A stretch of DNA of 64,000 nucleotides from an uncultured Micavibrio sp. (GCA_964400125.1 CAYNSR010000004.1:99391-163390), one strand, 5' to 3'. Shown: positions 28,040-36,828, numbered from the stretch's first letter. Numbers and translations are program-made. Notes: generated from the sequence alone by a model not told the origin.

Positions 28040-29869
28040 ATGAGCGACCAGGATTTTCCAGATGGACAGCATGAGGAGGCCAAGCCGGATCTGACGCCCG
28101 ATCGGCGTGGCGCGGTTGTACCTGATCGCCGGAAAAATCCAGCCGGAACCCCGCCCGACGGGATTGACCGCCGGGTTTGGGCCGACCGCCGCAAGGCCCG
28201 GTCGAATGAGGGGCGGGAGCGCTATCTGGACATGGTCCAGAAGGAACGCTCCGTACTCCTTGACCAGGGTGTTACCCGCTCCACGGAGCAGCTTTTAGAT
28301 CTTGCCGGGGTTGGCGGGACGTCCCACACGGAGGAAGAAGGCGTTCGTGATCGCGCAACCGGGGACCAGTTGCGCTCGATCCTCCCGGTCCAGTCATGGT
28401 TGCCGCTTTCAATTCACCTGATCGGTTTGAAAGACGGCATTTTGCGCATTGCCCCGTTGCATGAGCTGAATGACCGCCAGATCAAGGCGCTGTTGTCGAC
28501 ATCGGTGCGTTCCGGCCTTGTCGTTGACCGGGTCGAGGTCGAGGTCTGGGACCGTGCGGAATTGCTGTCGACGTTGCGTTCCGTGCATGATCTTTCGGCG
28601 GATCGCACGGAAAAAACCCTTGCCCAGTGGTTGGGGGATGTCGATAACGGTTTGCTCCTGAACCAGTTCCAGCGCGATATGATGGCCGAAGCGTTGCAGA
28701 TGCGGGCCTCTGATATTCATCTGTTGCAGGACAACAACCCCGAAACCCCAAACTGGATACGCTACCGGATCGATGGCGATGTTATCCCGATGCACCTGTT
28801 GCCTAACGATGCCATGGCGCGTTTGACGACGTTGCTCAAGCGCGATGCGGGGCTGAACTTCGGGGATCGTACGACGCCTAAGGACGGGCGTTTCTCCTTT
28901 ATCTGGCAGGGCCGGAACATCGACGTTCGTGTTGCTGCCGGGCCGCAGGCGCAAGACGGCGAAAAGCTGACGCTGCGTTTGCTTGACCGTGCCGCCCTCA
29001 AGGGATTTGACGAACTGTTCCGCCGTCACGAAGATGTCGGAAACTATCTTTCGCAGCTCCTGTCGCCGGAGATCAAGGGCGGGGGCGGGCTTATCCTGCT
29101 TTCCGGTCCGACGGGTTCGGGGAAAACGACGACGCTTTATGCCTGCGTCCAGCAGATCGACCGCCGCCGCCGCCATGTCCTGACCATTGAAGATCCAATC
29201 GAATATGAATTGCGTTATGCCACGCAATGGCAGGTGCGTTCTGGCATGCCGGGGGGGGAATTTTCTGACCTGATCCGCGCGGCCATGCGTCATGATCCGG
29301 ATTACATCATCATCGGGGAGATGCGGGACGGCGATACGGTCGAGACCGCCTTGCGCGCCGCAGAATCGGGACACACGGTGATTTCGACCATTCACGCCGA
29401 CACTGCGCTTCAGACATTCGAGCGCCTGCGGTCCCTGATGCCGGTCGCTCGGGAACGGTCATCGACATTCACGTTGGCGCAGCAGGTCAAGGCGATCATG
29501 AACCAGCGCCTGATTAAAACGCTGTGTCAGGGGTGTGCGCATAAATCGCGGGCGGCCGATGCCCTGGAGCCGCATGAATTGGCGATGCTGGGGATCGATC
29601 CGGATGCGGCAATCCGCCGTCGTAACACGACAGGCTGCGATCTTTGCAACCGGACGGGGATCATGGGGCGGACGCTGCTGCTCGATGCGGTCCTGATTCC
29701 GCTCGGGCCGTCGCAGCGCGATGCGGTCTATAATGCGATGATGCAAAACGTAAACCAGATTGTACACGAAGATGGCGTGATCGTTCATACGCGGCGGGAG
29801 GGACTGGTCGATCTGGTCCTGAGCGGCCTTGTCGATCCGAAATCTGCGTTGTCGAATCTTGAAGATTAA
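28040..29869 (+). CDS. GspE/PilB-family assembly ATPase with tetracysteine motif and an N-terminal DRR-repeat extension
   Basis: Walker A GPTGSGKTTT, Asp box LTIEDPIEYEL, Walker B DPDYIIIGEMRD, His box GHTVISTIHA and CQGC...CDLC. A T2SSE_N-like segment is present (LPLSIHLIGLKDGILRIAP). Confidence 0.9.
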   Translation: MSDQDFPDGQHEEAKPDLTPDRRGAVVPDRRKNPAGTPPDGIDRRVWADRRKARSNEGRERYLDMVQKERSVLLDQGVTRSTEQLLDLAGVGGTSHTEEEGVRDRATGDQLRSILPVQSWLPLSIHLIGLKDGILRIAPLHELNDRQIKALLSTSVRSGLVVDRVEVEVWDRAELLSTLRSVHDLSADRTEKTLAQWLGDVDNGLLLNQFQRDMMAEALQMRASDIHLLQDNNPETPNWIRYRIDGDVIPMHLLPNDAMARLTTLLKRDAGLNFGDRTTPKDGRFSFIWQGRNIDVRVAAGPQAQDGEKLTLRLLDRAALKGFDELFRRHEDVGNYLSQLLSPEIKGGGGLILLSGPTGSGKTTTLYACVQQIDRRRRHVLTIEDPIEYELRYATQWQVRSGMPGGEFSDLIRAAMRHDPDYIIIGEMRDGDTVETALRAAESGHTVISTIHADTALQTFERLRSLMPVARERSSTFTLAQQVKAIMNQRLIKTLCQGCAHKSRAADALEPHELAMLGIDPDAAIRRRNTTGCDLCNRTGIMGRTLLLDAVLIPLGPSQRDAVYNAMMQNVNQIVHEDGVIVHTRREGLVDLVLSGLVDPKSALSNLED

Positions 29870-29914
29870 GGCGCTAGATACCATAATGAATAAGCAGATG
29901 ATGGGATAGGCCCG

Positions 29915-31135
29915 GTGCAGCAGTGGATTGCCGAAATCGCGTATGAATCTTCCTCCGGCCCCCGCAGGGTGGTCGAGTCCTTTTACCTGCCCTCCGTCGA
30001 CGATGTCCGTATGGAAGTGGCAAAGAAGGGCGGCTACGCCCTGACCATCCGGCCCCACGAGCGTTCGCCCATTGAGCGTATCCTGTCGCGTTCGACCTGG
30101 TGGCAGGTGCAATTGTTGCGCGGAATCCAGTTTCGGTCGATATCCACCTCGCCCGGTGTGGCGTTGTGGCGGATCATTCAGGCTGAGACCAACCCGATGC
30201 GGCAGAATATTCTGGCCCCCGCGCGGGAGGCTCTGGCGCGCGGTCTTGGGGTGATTGACGCGCTGAAGGCGCTGAATGCCTTCGATCACAGCACGATTGC
30301 GATTCTGGCGGCCAGCGAGCGGTCGAACAAATTGCAAGAAGGTATCCCGCACGCGATTCATTCGATCACCCAGAAACGCCGGAACACGCGGGCGATCATC
30401 GGCACTATGTCATGGCTGGCTATTGACGTCGTTTCGATCGTTCAGTCGTTGTTCTGGGGGCGTGGCATGGTGCTGGAATGGTTCCATGACAATGCCCCGC
30501 CGGGCGCGGAGGAAAAAGAGAAATTCGACCGCGTGGTCGGAAATCTGGCGCTGACCTGGGATGTTTTGATTGCCACGGCCTTCGGGGCCGGGGCCTTTAT
30601 GGCGTGGGCGGTGTTTTCCTTCTGGATGAACAAAGGCAAGACGGATTGGCCGACGGCTCGCGTAGTACGGAAAATACCGATGTTCGGCGCGTATTTGCGC
30701 GATCTTGGCTTTGCCGATTCAATGATGGCGGCGGCGCGGATGATGCGCGGACTGGTCCCGATCAGCGATACGTTGCGCCAGTCTTCGGAAGCGACCAATG
30801 TGCCGGAGGTTTCGGCTTACTGGGAAGCTGCCAACAAGGAACTGGAAAACGGGGTCGGTCTCGGGGTGGCGCTGGATCGTTCTCCGCTGACCCGCAGCGA
30901 GCGGCTTGAACTGGCCAGCTTGTCTGATCTGGCGCAAGTTGCTACAGTATTGGAGTCTATTGCCGAAATGCGTGCATCCTCGGCAAAGACGAAGCACGCG
31001 CTGATCGTGTGGATTGCCTTCGGTCTCACCGGTGTCTACCTCGCCCTTGCCTTTGGTAGTGCCATTTACGCATTGACAGTTATGAATATGAGCATGGACG
31101 GCATGATGAGTGGTCTTATGGAAGGAGCACATTGA
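29915..31135 (+). CDS. Divergent GspF/PilC-like inner-membrane platform protein
   Basis: 406 aa with three hydrophobic segments and two internally similar helical regions (WWQVQLLRGIQF..., FADSMMAAARMMRGLVPISDTL). It sits directly after the ATPase. GTG start. Confidence 0.6.
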   Translation: MQQWIAEIAYESSSGPRRVVESFYLPSVDDVRMEVAKKGGYALTIRPHERSPIERILSRSTWWQVQLLRGIQFRSISTSPGVALWRIIQAETNPMRQNILAPAREALARGLGVIDALKALNAFDHSTIAILAASERSNKLQEGIPHAIHSITQKRRNTRAIIGTMSWLAIDVVSIVQSLFWGRGMVLEWFHDNAPPGAEEKEKFDRVVGNLALTWDVLIATAFGAGAFMAWAVFSFWMNKGKTDWPTARVVRKIPMFGAYLRDLGFADSMMAAARMMRGLVPISDTLRQSSEATNVPEVSAYWEAANKELENGVGLGVALDRSPLTRSERLELASLSDLAQVATVLESIAEMRASSAKTKHALIVWIAFGLTGVYLALAFGSAIYALTVMNMSMDGMMSGLMEGAH

Positions 31136-32142
31136 CTTTGGCTCTTTCCTTTAAAGACATGGGTCTGCCCGGGCGTAAAAAGAAAGGTGCCGAGGAGGAG
31201 CGTGCTGTCCGGGAGGGTGGTGCTGCTGCCGCGCCATCCAGACCCCGTCCCGGCATGGCGGATGTGATTGCCGGTGAGACGGCGAATTTTCAGGCCAATC
31301 TGACGCCTTATCTTCCTGCCGAGCTTATCGGTGGTTCCATTCCGCATATCCCGGGGACCGAGGATGAAGCCGTGTGGAACGCAGCGGCGCAGGCCTGCGC
31401 CACGGAAAAAGTGCATTACTGCTATTCCATCGAGGGTGGGCGTTGCTGGTATCTGGCGATTCCGTCCTCGGCGCTGGCATCGAACCCGGATAGCTGGTGC
31501 CCGCTTGCGGCGGCTTTGCCGGGGCATAGTGAATTCTGGGACAAGGAAACGGTTTACCTCTACGAGCAGGAAGGTGCCGCCGCCGCCCTGCGCTGGGACC
31601 CGGAAACGCACAGGATGCAGGTCTATATCGGCGCTTCGCGAACGCTATTGCCGCGAATCCAGAGCATGGATGCGAATTTCGTCACCATCAACCCGGATAT
31701 CGCCAATGTGATTCCTTGGCGGAACCGGGCTCTGCGCACCGAAAAATTGTCGCGGGCGGCGGCGCGAACCCTGTTGCTTGCGGGGCTGGGGCTGACGACG
31801 ATTATCCTGTGCATTCTTTTTGCACAATATGGCTGGACACTGATGCTGAAGCGGGACCTGCAAAAGGTGAGGGACGCGACGGACAAGGCCTCCAACGATC
31901 TGATGATTAATGCCTATAACGCCCTGCAAAGCGATACGATCAAGCACATGGTGAAAATTCAGGATCTGCTGGATACGTTGCGCACCATCGAGGGGACTTT
32001 GGTCAAATACGAAGTCGTCAAGGGCAAGACGACATGGGTGGCTCTGGTGCCGAAATCTTTCAGCGGCGGGGTCGGCGTGGTCAGGGGTGAAATTTCACCG
32101 GTGATCGAAAAAGACGGGCGGGTCAAGCTGACAGGGCATTAA
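31132..32142 (+). CDS. Orphan bitopic membrane protein in the GspL/BfpC/PilM-N position (cytoplasmic domain of about 205 aa, TM, periplasmic coiled-coil plus small domain)
   Basis: One TM segment (LLLAGLGLTTIILCILFAQYGW). TTG start 5 nt after GGAAGGAG, overlapping the previous stop (TTGA). No recognisable motif, so the call rests on topology and gene order. Confidence 0.4.
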   Translation: MTLALSFKDMGLPGRKKKGAEEERAVREGGAAAAPSRPRPGMADVIAGETANFQANLTPYLPAELIGGSIPHIPGTEDEAVWNAAAQACATEKVHYCYSIEGGRCWYLAIPSSALASNPDSWCPLAAALPGHSEFWDKETVYLYEQEGAAAALRWDPETHRMQVYIGASRTLLPRIQSMDANFVTINPDIANVIPWRNRALRTEKLSRAAARTLLLAGLGLTTIILCILFAQYGWTLMLKRDLQKVRDATDKASNDLMINAYNALQSDTIKHMVKIQDLLDTLRTIEGTLVKYEVVKGKTTWVALVPKSFSGGVGVVRGEISPVIEKDGRVKLTGH

Positions 32143-32268
32143 AAAGCGGAAAAATCTGCGCAGTTTGTTGATTTAGCTTAATTTTTATTGAATTTTTAGG
32201 GGCCTTTAAAGGATTGGATGATATGCTGGGAGTGCTGAAGCGCCTTTCGGGGAAAACGGGGTTGTATC

Positions 32269-32805
32269 GTGGACTTTAAATCTTTTGACATGAGATCTGT
32301 GCAGAAATATCTCCAGCCTCAGGCGGCCGAGGATCTCAATGTCTTTCTCGAGCGCCTGCCGCAAACGGCGGGCAACAGCATTCTGATCGCGGCGGCGATT
32401 GCGTGGACGGCGGCGGCGGCACTTGGCCTTTATACCTTTGTGCAAACCCAGCAGATGATCGAATTGCGCGCCAAACTGAAAGATACCGCAGCGCTTCAGC
32501 CACTGGTCCCAAAAATCACCGATGTTGCGGTGAAGGCGGACGAGGTAACGAAATTTGCCAAGGAGTTGTCGGAAATTTATCGCGGCCTCAGCATCAAGTC
32601 CCAAGGATCGACCATCCAGATTTCGGCGGCAGATACGGCGCGCTTTGCCGAATTCCGCGAGGCGATCGGGCATGTGCAAAACGGCGGATCGGGCTGGCGG
32701 GTGAGCGTCGAGCGTCTTTGCGTCGGCCGCGAATGCGACCGGGAAAAGCTGGCAGCATTACTGAAAATCAACAAGGTTTCCGTGGACAGGCCCGAAATGC
32801 AATAA
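32269..32805 (+). CDS. Orphan small bitopic membrane protein in the GspM/PilO position
   Basis: Short cytoplasmic N-terminus, a TM segment (ILIAAAIAWTAAAALGLYTFV), a coiled-coil and a small alpha/beta region. GTG start (alternative ATG at 32290). Confidence 0.35.
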   Translation: MDFKSFDMRSVQKYLQPQAAEDLNVFLERLPQTAGNSILIAAAIAWTAAAALGLYTFVQTQQMIELRAKLKDTAALQPLVPKITDVAVKADEVTKFAKELSEIYRGLSIKSQGSTIQISAADTARFAEFREAIGHVQNGGSGWRVSVERLCVGRECDREKLAALLKINKVSVDRPEMQ

Positions 32806-32879
32806 TAGGGTAGTTCGAGAATCGAAAAAAACGCATAATGGAACGCTTTTTAAAATCAGGCAATCGAAGGAGAATACGA

Positions 32880-33623
32880 ATGACGGTAGTAGTAAAGGAA
32901 AGATCGGGGGAACGGGGGAATGTGCTGTTCCTGATCCTGATCGCGGTGGCGCTGTTTGCGGCCCTGTCCTACGCGGTGACGCAATCGACGCGTTCCGGTT
33001 CTGGCGATGCCTCGAGCGAGACCAGTTTGATCAATTCCGCCCAGTTGGCCCAATATCCGGCCGGTGTCCGGACGGCGGTGGTGCGTATGGTGATTGGCGG
33101 AACTTCGGTTGACAACCTGATTTTCGATGCCCCTGCCAATTTTTCCGCGATTTCTGATTTGACCTATAACGTCTTCCACCCGACGGGCGGCGGCGCGGTT
33201 TTTCAGGTTGCGCCTAAGGATTTGCTGGCGCCGGGTGAGACAGGCGAATGGATTTATTCCTCCCGTTACCAGATTGACGGTATCGGCATCACTGATAGTG
33301 CGCAGCTTAGCGGCAATGAAGTGATCGCCTTCCTGCCGGGGGTTTCGCGGGATGTTTGCAGGAAACTCAACAGTGAGGTCGGCATTACCAGTTCGAACGC
33401 TGACGGGGTGCCGGTAACGACCGATCTTGGCGCTGATCCGCCCACCGCAGCACCAGTGAACACCGAAGGCATGACAGAGGCAGCGCCGGGCGCTCCCGGG
33501 ATCGGGGCCTATATCGCCACGATCGGCGGCGGACTGGCGGGCCAGCCCTTTGGATGCTTCAGGGTTGGTGCTGTGGGGCCGACGGCAACCTATGTTTACT
33601 ATCACGTTCTTGTCGAGCGTTAG
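32880..33623 (+). CDS. Pilin-like protein 1 with GspK/PilX-type leader (ERG|NVLFLILIAVALFAAL), no Glu5
   Basis: The leader MTVVVKERSGERG has a positive charge and is followed by a 20-aa hydrophobic helix. There is a strong SD (GAAGGAGA) before the ATG, and two Cys in the C-terminal half. 247 aa. Confidence 0.55.
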   Translation: MTVVVKERSGERGNVLFLILIAVALFAALSYAVTQSTRSGSGDASSETSLINSAQLAQYPAGVRTAVVRMVIGGTSVDNLIFDAPANFSAISDLTYNVFHPTGGGAVFQVAPKDLLAPGETGEWIYSSRYQIDGIGITDSAQLSGNEVIAFLPGVSRDVCRKLNSEVGITSSNADGVPVTTDLGADPPTAAPVNTEGMTEAAPGAPGIGAYIATIGGGLAGQPFGCFRVGAVGPTATYVYYHVLVER

Positions 33624-33656
33624 TTCCAGCACGCGCGATTGCCTGAAGAATAAGCG

Positions 33657-33690
33657 GAGGCCTGATGCGTGAAAGACCGCATCGGGCCTC
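33657..33690 (+). promoter_or_regulatory. 13-bp stem-loop between the two pilin-like genes (possible attenuator or processing site)
   Basis: GAGGCCTGATGCG-tgaaagac-CGCATCGGGCCTC has one G-U pair. No T-run follows it. Confidence 0.45.
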
Positions 33691-33718
33691 TTGCCCGGTG
33701 AAGAAAGATGATAAAGCG

Positions 33719-34462
33719 ATGTCTCTATATCGGCGGACAAACGAGCGCGGCAGCGCACTGGTCTATATCCTGATTGCCATTGCCTTGCTGGCGGCGTTGA
33801 CGGTGAGTTTTATGGAGCCGGCCAGTCAGCAGACGCAGAGCCAGAACAGTTTCAAGATGGTCTCGGAATTCGAAGCCCAGATCGACTTTATCCGCACGGC
33901 CGTTCAGGAATGCGTGATCCTGTACCAGATGGGGGATAACGGCATTGACAGCACCGCTGGTGGTGCTGTGACCCTGACCGAGGGTGCGAACAAGAAATTT
34001 CCGATTGATCCACGCTCCAGCTACCTGACCAATCCCTCGGCCAGTGCGGACCCGCTGGTGCGCGAGTTGCGTTGTCCGGGCAACCCCGGCGACAACGCCG
34101 ACCACCAGCCGGTTTTTTCAGGCAGTTCGGGGAAATTTCTGGGCCCGCCCCCTGCGATGTTCGAGGAATGGCGCTGGTATAACGGTCTCGATGGCATTTT
34201 CTTCTGGACGTATACGCTCAATACCGATGCGTTCATCCAGACATCCATGGACAAGCTGAATGAGAGTTTTGGCCTGTGCGAGGCCGATGTTGTCCGCGCG
34301 GGGGCTATCAGTATGGATATGGACAATGCTGGGGATGTGGTTTGCCCGGCGAATGCGACGTGTTTCCGTTTGTGGATGTCGGTAGATAATGAAACCGTCG
34401 CCGATCTGGAGGAATCACTCTACCCCGACCCCAGTCCCGCCGAGGCGGGGAATTGCCCGTGA
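33719..34462 (+). CDS. Pilin-like protein 2 with GspK/PilX-type leader (NERG|SALVYILIAIALLAAL), no Glu5, Cys-rich
   Basis: The N-terminal architecture matches the upstream gene and the predicted length is identical (247 aa). 7 Cys in the globular part. Confidence 0.55.
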   Translation: MSLYRRTNERGSALVYILIAIALLAALTVSFMEPASQQTQSQNSFKMVSEFEAQIDFIRTAVQECVILYQMGDNGIDSTAGGAVTLTEGANKKFPIDPRSSYLTNPSASADPLVRELRCPGNPGDNADHQPVFSGSSGKFLGPPPAMFEEWRWYNGLDGIFFWTYTLNTDAFIQTSMDKLNESFGLCEADVVRAGAISMDMDNAGDVVCPANATCFRLWMSVDNETVADLEESLYPDPSPAEAGNCP

Positions 34463-34472
34463 AGATGTCTCT

Positions 34473-36761
34473 TTAGATTTTCTGGATTGCTGTGCGCAAT
34501 GCGGAAAAGGCATCGCCAATCCGGGCGACCAGCGTGTCCGATAGATTGCCCTGTTCGCTTTCGTCCTGAAGCCGGGCGGCCAGATCGCCCAAGGGAGTAC
34601 AGCACGCCGAGCGGGCACCGCCTTTCAGGCTGTGGGCGCTTTCCCGCAGGCGGGGAATATCCTTTTCGGCATGGGCCAGTTCAATCTCCGCGATCAGCGG
34701 GGCGCTCATCTCGACGAATATTTTCACCATCTCAATCGCTTCCGTGCGATCTGCGCCCATCTGCTCCATAAGTGCGTCAATGTCATATGGCGCGGCGTCA
34801 TCATCCGTACCGTTTGTCGGGGCCGGGGATGGAATAACATCGGTGCTGTCTCTCAGCAACCCCCAGCGGATGAGCAGGCGCCGCAATTGTCCGAGCGACA
34901 CCGGTTTTAACAGGCATTCATCAAACCCTTGTGCCAGATAAACCTGACGCTGCACCATCTGAACGTCAGCGGTCAGGACAACCACGGGCAGGTGATGTGT
35001 GTCGTCGCCCTTGTTTTTTTCCTGTGTCCGCAAGGCGTCAACCAGATCATAACCGTCCATTTCCGGCATATGCAGATCGGTAAACAAAATGCCGTAAATG
35101 CCGCGTTCCAGCGCCCGCAAGGCCTCTTTGCCGTTGGCAACGAAATCAGCTTCGACCCCGAGGCGCCCGAGCTGTCTGCGGATGACTTCCTGAACGGTTT
35201 CATTATCCTCCGCGATCAGCAGCCGCGTGGGGCCTTGTGAATCAATGGCAATCTGCCTGCGTGTTGCTTCCTTGACGACAGTGCCAAGGCCGAGACGGCT
35301 TGCCGGTTTTGACAGATAGGTCACCCCCAGAGCCTGCAGGCTGTGTTGCAGGCCGATATCGTCGCGCACTGTATACATGATAAGACCCATGAAAGGCCGT
35401 ATGGCCATGATTTCACGGATCAGCTCCAGACCCAGACCATCGGGGAGTCCCTGATCGATCACGCCAACATCGAAGGGGCGGCGCCTGACAAGCTCCAGCG
35501 CTTCGCGATACGTCGGGCAGCTTTCGACCTGCGCCCCCATGGATTGCAGTGATTTGACGATCTCCCGCGCCCCTTGCGGATGATCTTCGACGGAGAGAAC
35601 TGAAATTCCGTCCAGAGAAGGTAGTCCTGTATTTTGTGAATCGGTGCCGACTTCCTCCGTCGGGATTTCAAACCAGAAGACGGACCCTTCCCCCGGGGCG
35701 CTTTCAACGCCGATCTGGCCGCCCATCATTTCCACAAGACGTTTGCAGATGGACAGTCCCAGACCCGTGCCGCCATATTTGCGGGATGTCGAGTTGTCTG
35801 CCTGCGAAAAGGGTTTGAAAAGGCGGGCGCAGGTTTCTTCATTCATGCCGATTCCCGTGTCCCTGATTTCAAAACGCAGGATCAGCCCGTGTTCGGGCGG
35901 GGACATGACCTTCGGCGTACGCGAAACGTGAATCGTCACGGAGCCTTTTTCCGTGAACTTGAGGGCGTTTCCGGCCAGATTCAGGATAATCTGGCGCAGG
36001 CGTTTGGGGTCCCCGGTCACAACAAAGGGAACATCCGCAGGAATATCGTCGAGCAAGGTCACATGCTTTCCCTGCACCTTGACGGACAGTGCCTCGAGGG
36101 TCCCGCGGACCAGTGTGCGTACAGGAACCTCGAAACGGTCGAGCTCCATTTGCTGCGCATCCATTTTTGCAAAATCAAGAATATCGTCGAGGATTTCAAG
36201 CAGACCGCTGGCAGAATGTCTGGCTGTGTCAACCATGGTCTGGATGGCCTGTGGCGGGCACTCTTCGGCGATGAGCTCAAGGAAACCGTAGACGGCTTGC
36301 ATGGGGGTACGAATTTCATGGCTCATCGTTGCCAGAAAATTGGCTTTGGTTTCTGCGATGGCGTCGGCTTGCGCCACTTCGCGCCTGAGTTTCTCCTCAG
36401 TTTCCATGCTGGCGGAAATATCGGTAACCCACAGGACGAGGACGTCTTCCGTCTGGATACGGTCTTCGCTGACGGTGATTTTTGTCCAGCGTTTTTTTTC
36501 CGGTTTTTCTGCATGGTAGACAGGCAGGATAAAATTATGCGGCGGGACGGTGTTTTTTAACTTTGCAACCAGATTTTCTATTTCCGGGTTTGGCCATAGA
36601 CAGGACAGGGGGATTCCTTCCGTCTCGAAAGAGGACGCATATCCCGATTTCAGCATATAAAGCAGGGCGTGGTTGGCATACAGAATCGGAAAATCGTGCC
36701 CGTCGCGGCGAACCACGCACACACCCAGCGGGACAGATTCGTAAAATTCCTTGGACTGCAT
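34473..36761 (-). CDS. Soluble hybrid sensor histidine kinase (PAS-HisKA-HATPase-REC-REC-HPt)
   Basis: H-box [10 protein letters not shown]-box [15 protein letters not shown], two receiver domains ([22 protein letters not shown]) and an HPt motif [10 protein letters not shown]. No TM segment. Confidence 0.85.
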   Translation of the reverse strand: MQSKEFYESVPLGVCVVRRDGHDFPILYANHALLYMLKSGYASSFETEGIPLSCLWPNPEIENLVAKLKNTVPPHNFILPVYHAEKPEKKRWTKITVSEDRIQTEDVLVLWVTDISASMETEEKLRREVAQADAIAETKANFLATMSHEIRTPMQAVYGFLELIAEECPPQAIQTMVDTARHSASGLLEILDDILDFAKMDAQQMELDRFEVPVRTLVRGTLEALSVKVQGKHVTLLDDIPADVPFVVTGDPKRLRQIILNLAGNALKFTEKGSVTIHVSRTPKVMSPPEHGLILRFEIRDTGIGMNEETCARLFKPFSQADNSTSRKYGGTGLGLSICKRLVEMMGGQIGVESAPGEGSVFWFEIPTEEVGTDSQNTGLPSLDGISVLSVEDHPQGAREIVKSLQSMGAQVESCPTYREALELVRRRPFDVGVIDQGLPDGLGLELIREIMAIRPFMGLIMYTVRDDIGLQHSLQALGVTYLSKPASRLGLGTVVKEATRRQIAIDSQGPTRLLIAEDNETVQEVIRRQLGRLGVEADFVANGKEALRALERGIYGILFTDLHMPEMDGYDLVDALRTQEKNKGDDTHHLPVVVLTADVQMVQRQVYLAQGFDECLLKPVSLGQLRRLLIRWGLLRDSTDVIPSPAPTNGTDDDAAPYDIDALMEQMGADRTEAIEMVKIFVEMSAPLIAEIELAHAEKDIPRLRESAHSLKGGARSACCTPLGDLAARLQDESEQGNLSDTLVARIGDAFSALRTAIQKI

Positions 36762-36828
36762 GGGTTATACTTGACTCCGACCTTATCATGGCACACATAG
36801 GATGGGATTGACGCAAGCGGAATCCGGT

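Noticed and set aside
32176-32200. TTAA-N7-TGAA in the AT-rich gap inside the filament operon, considered as a CtrA box
   Set aside because: It has one mismatch to TTAA-N7-TTAA in very AT-rich sequence, where such near-matches arise by chance. There is no supporting evidence.
23460-36761. Classical genomic-island signatures around the filament locus (integrase, transposase, tRNA target, direct repeats, GC shift)
   Set aside because: None were seen. The flanks are core genes (pyrB operon, asd) and the composition looks like the rest of the window, so I do not call it a mobile element.
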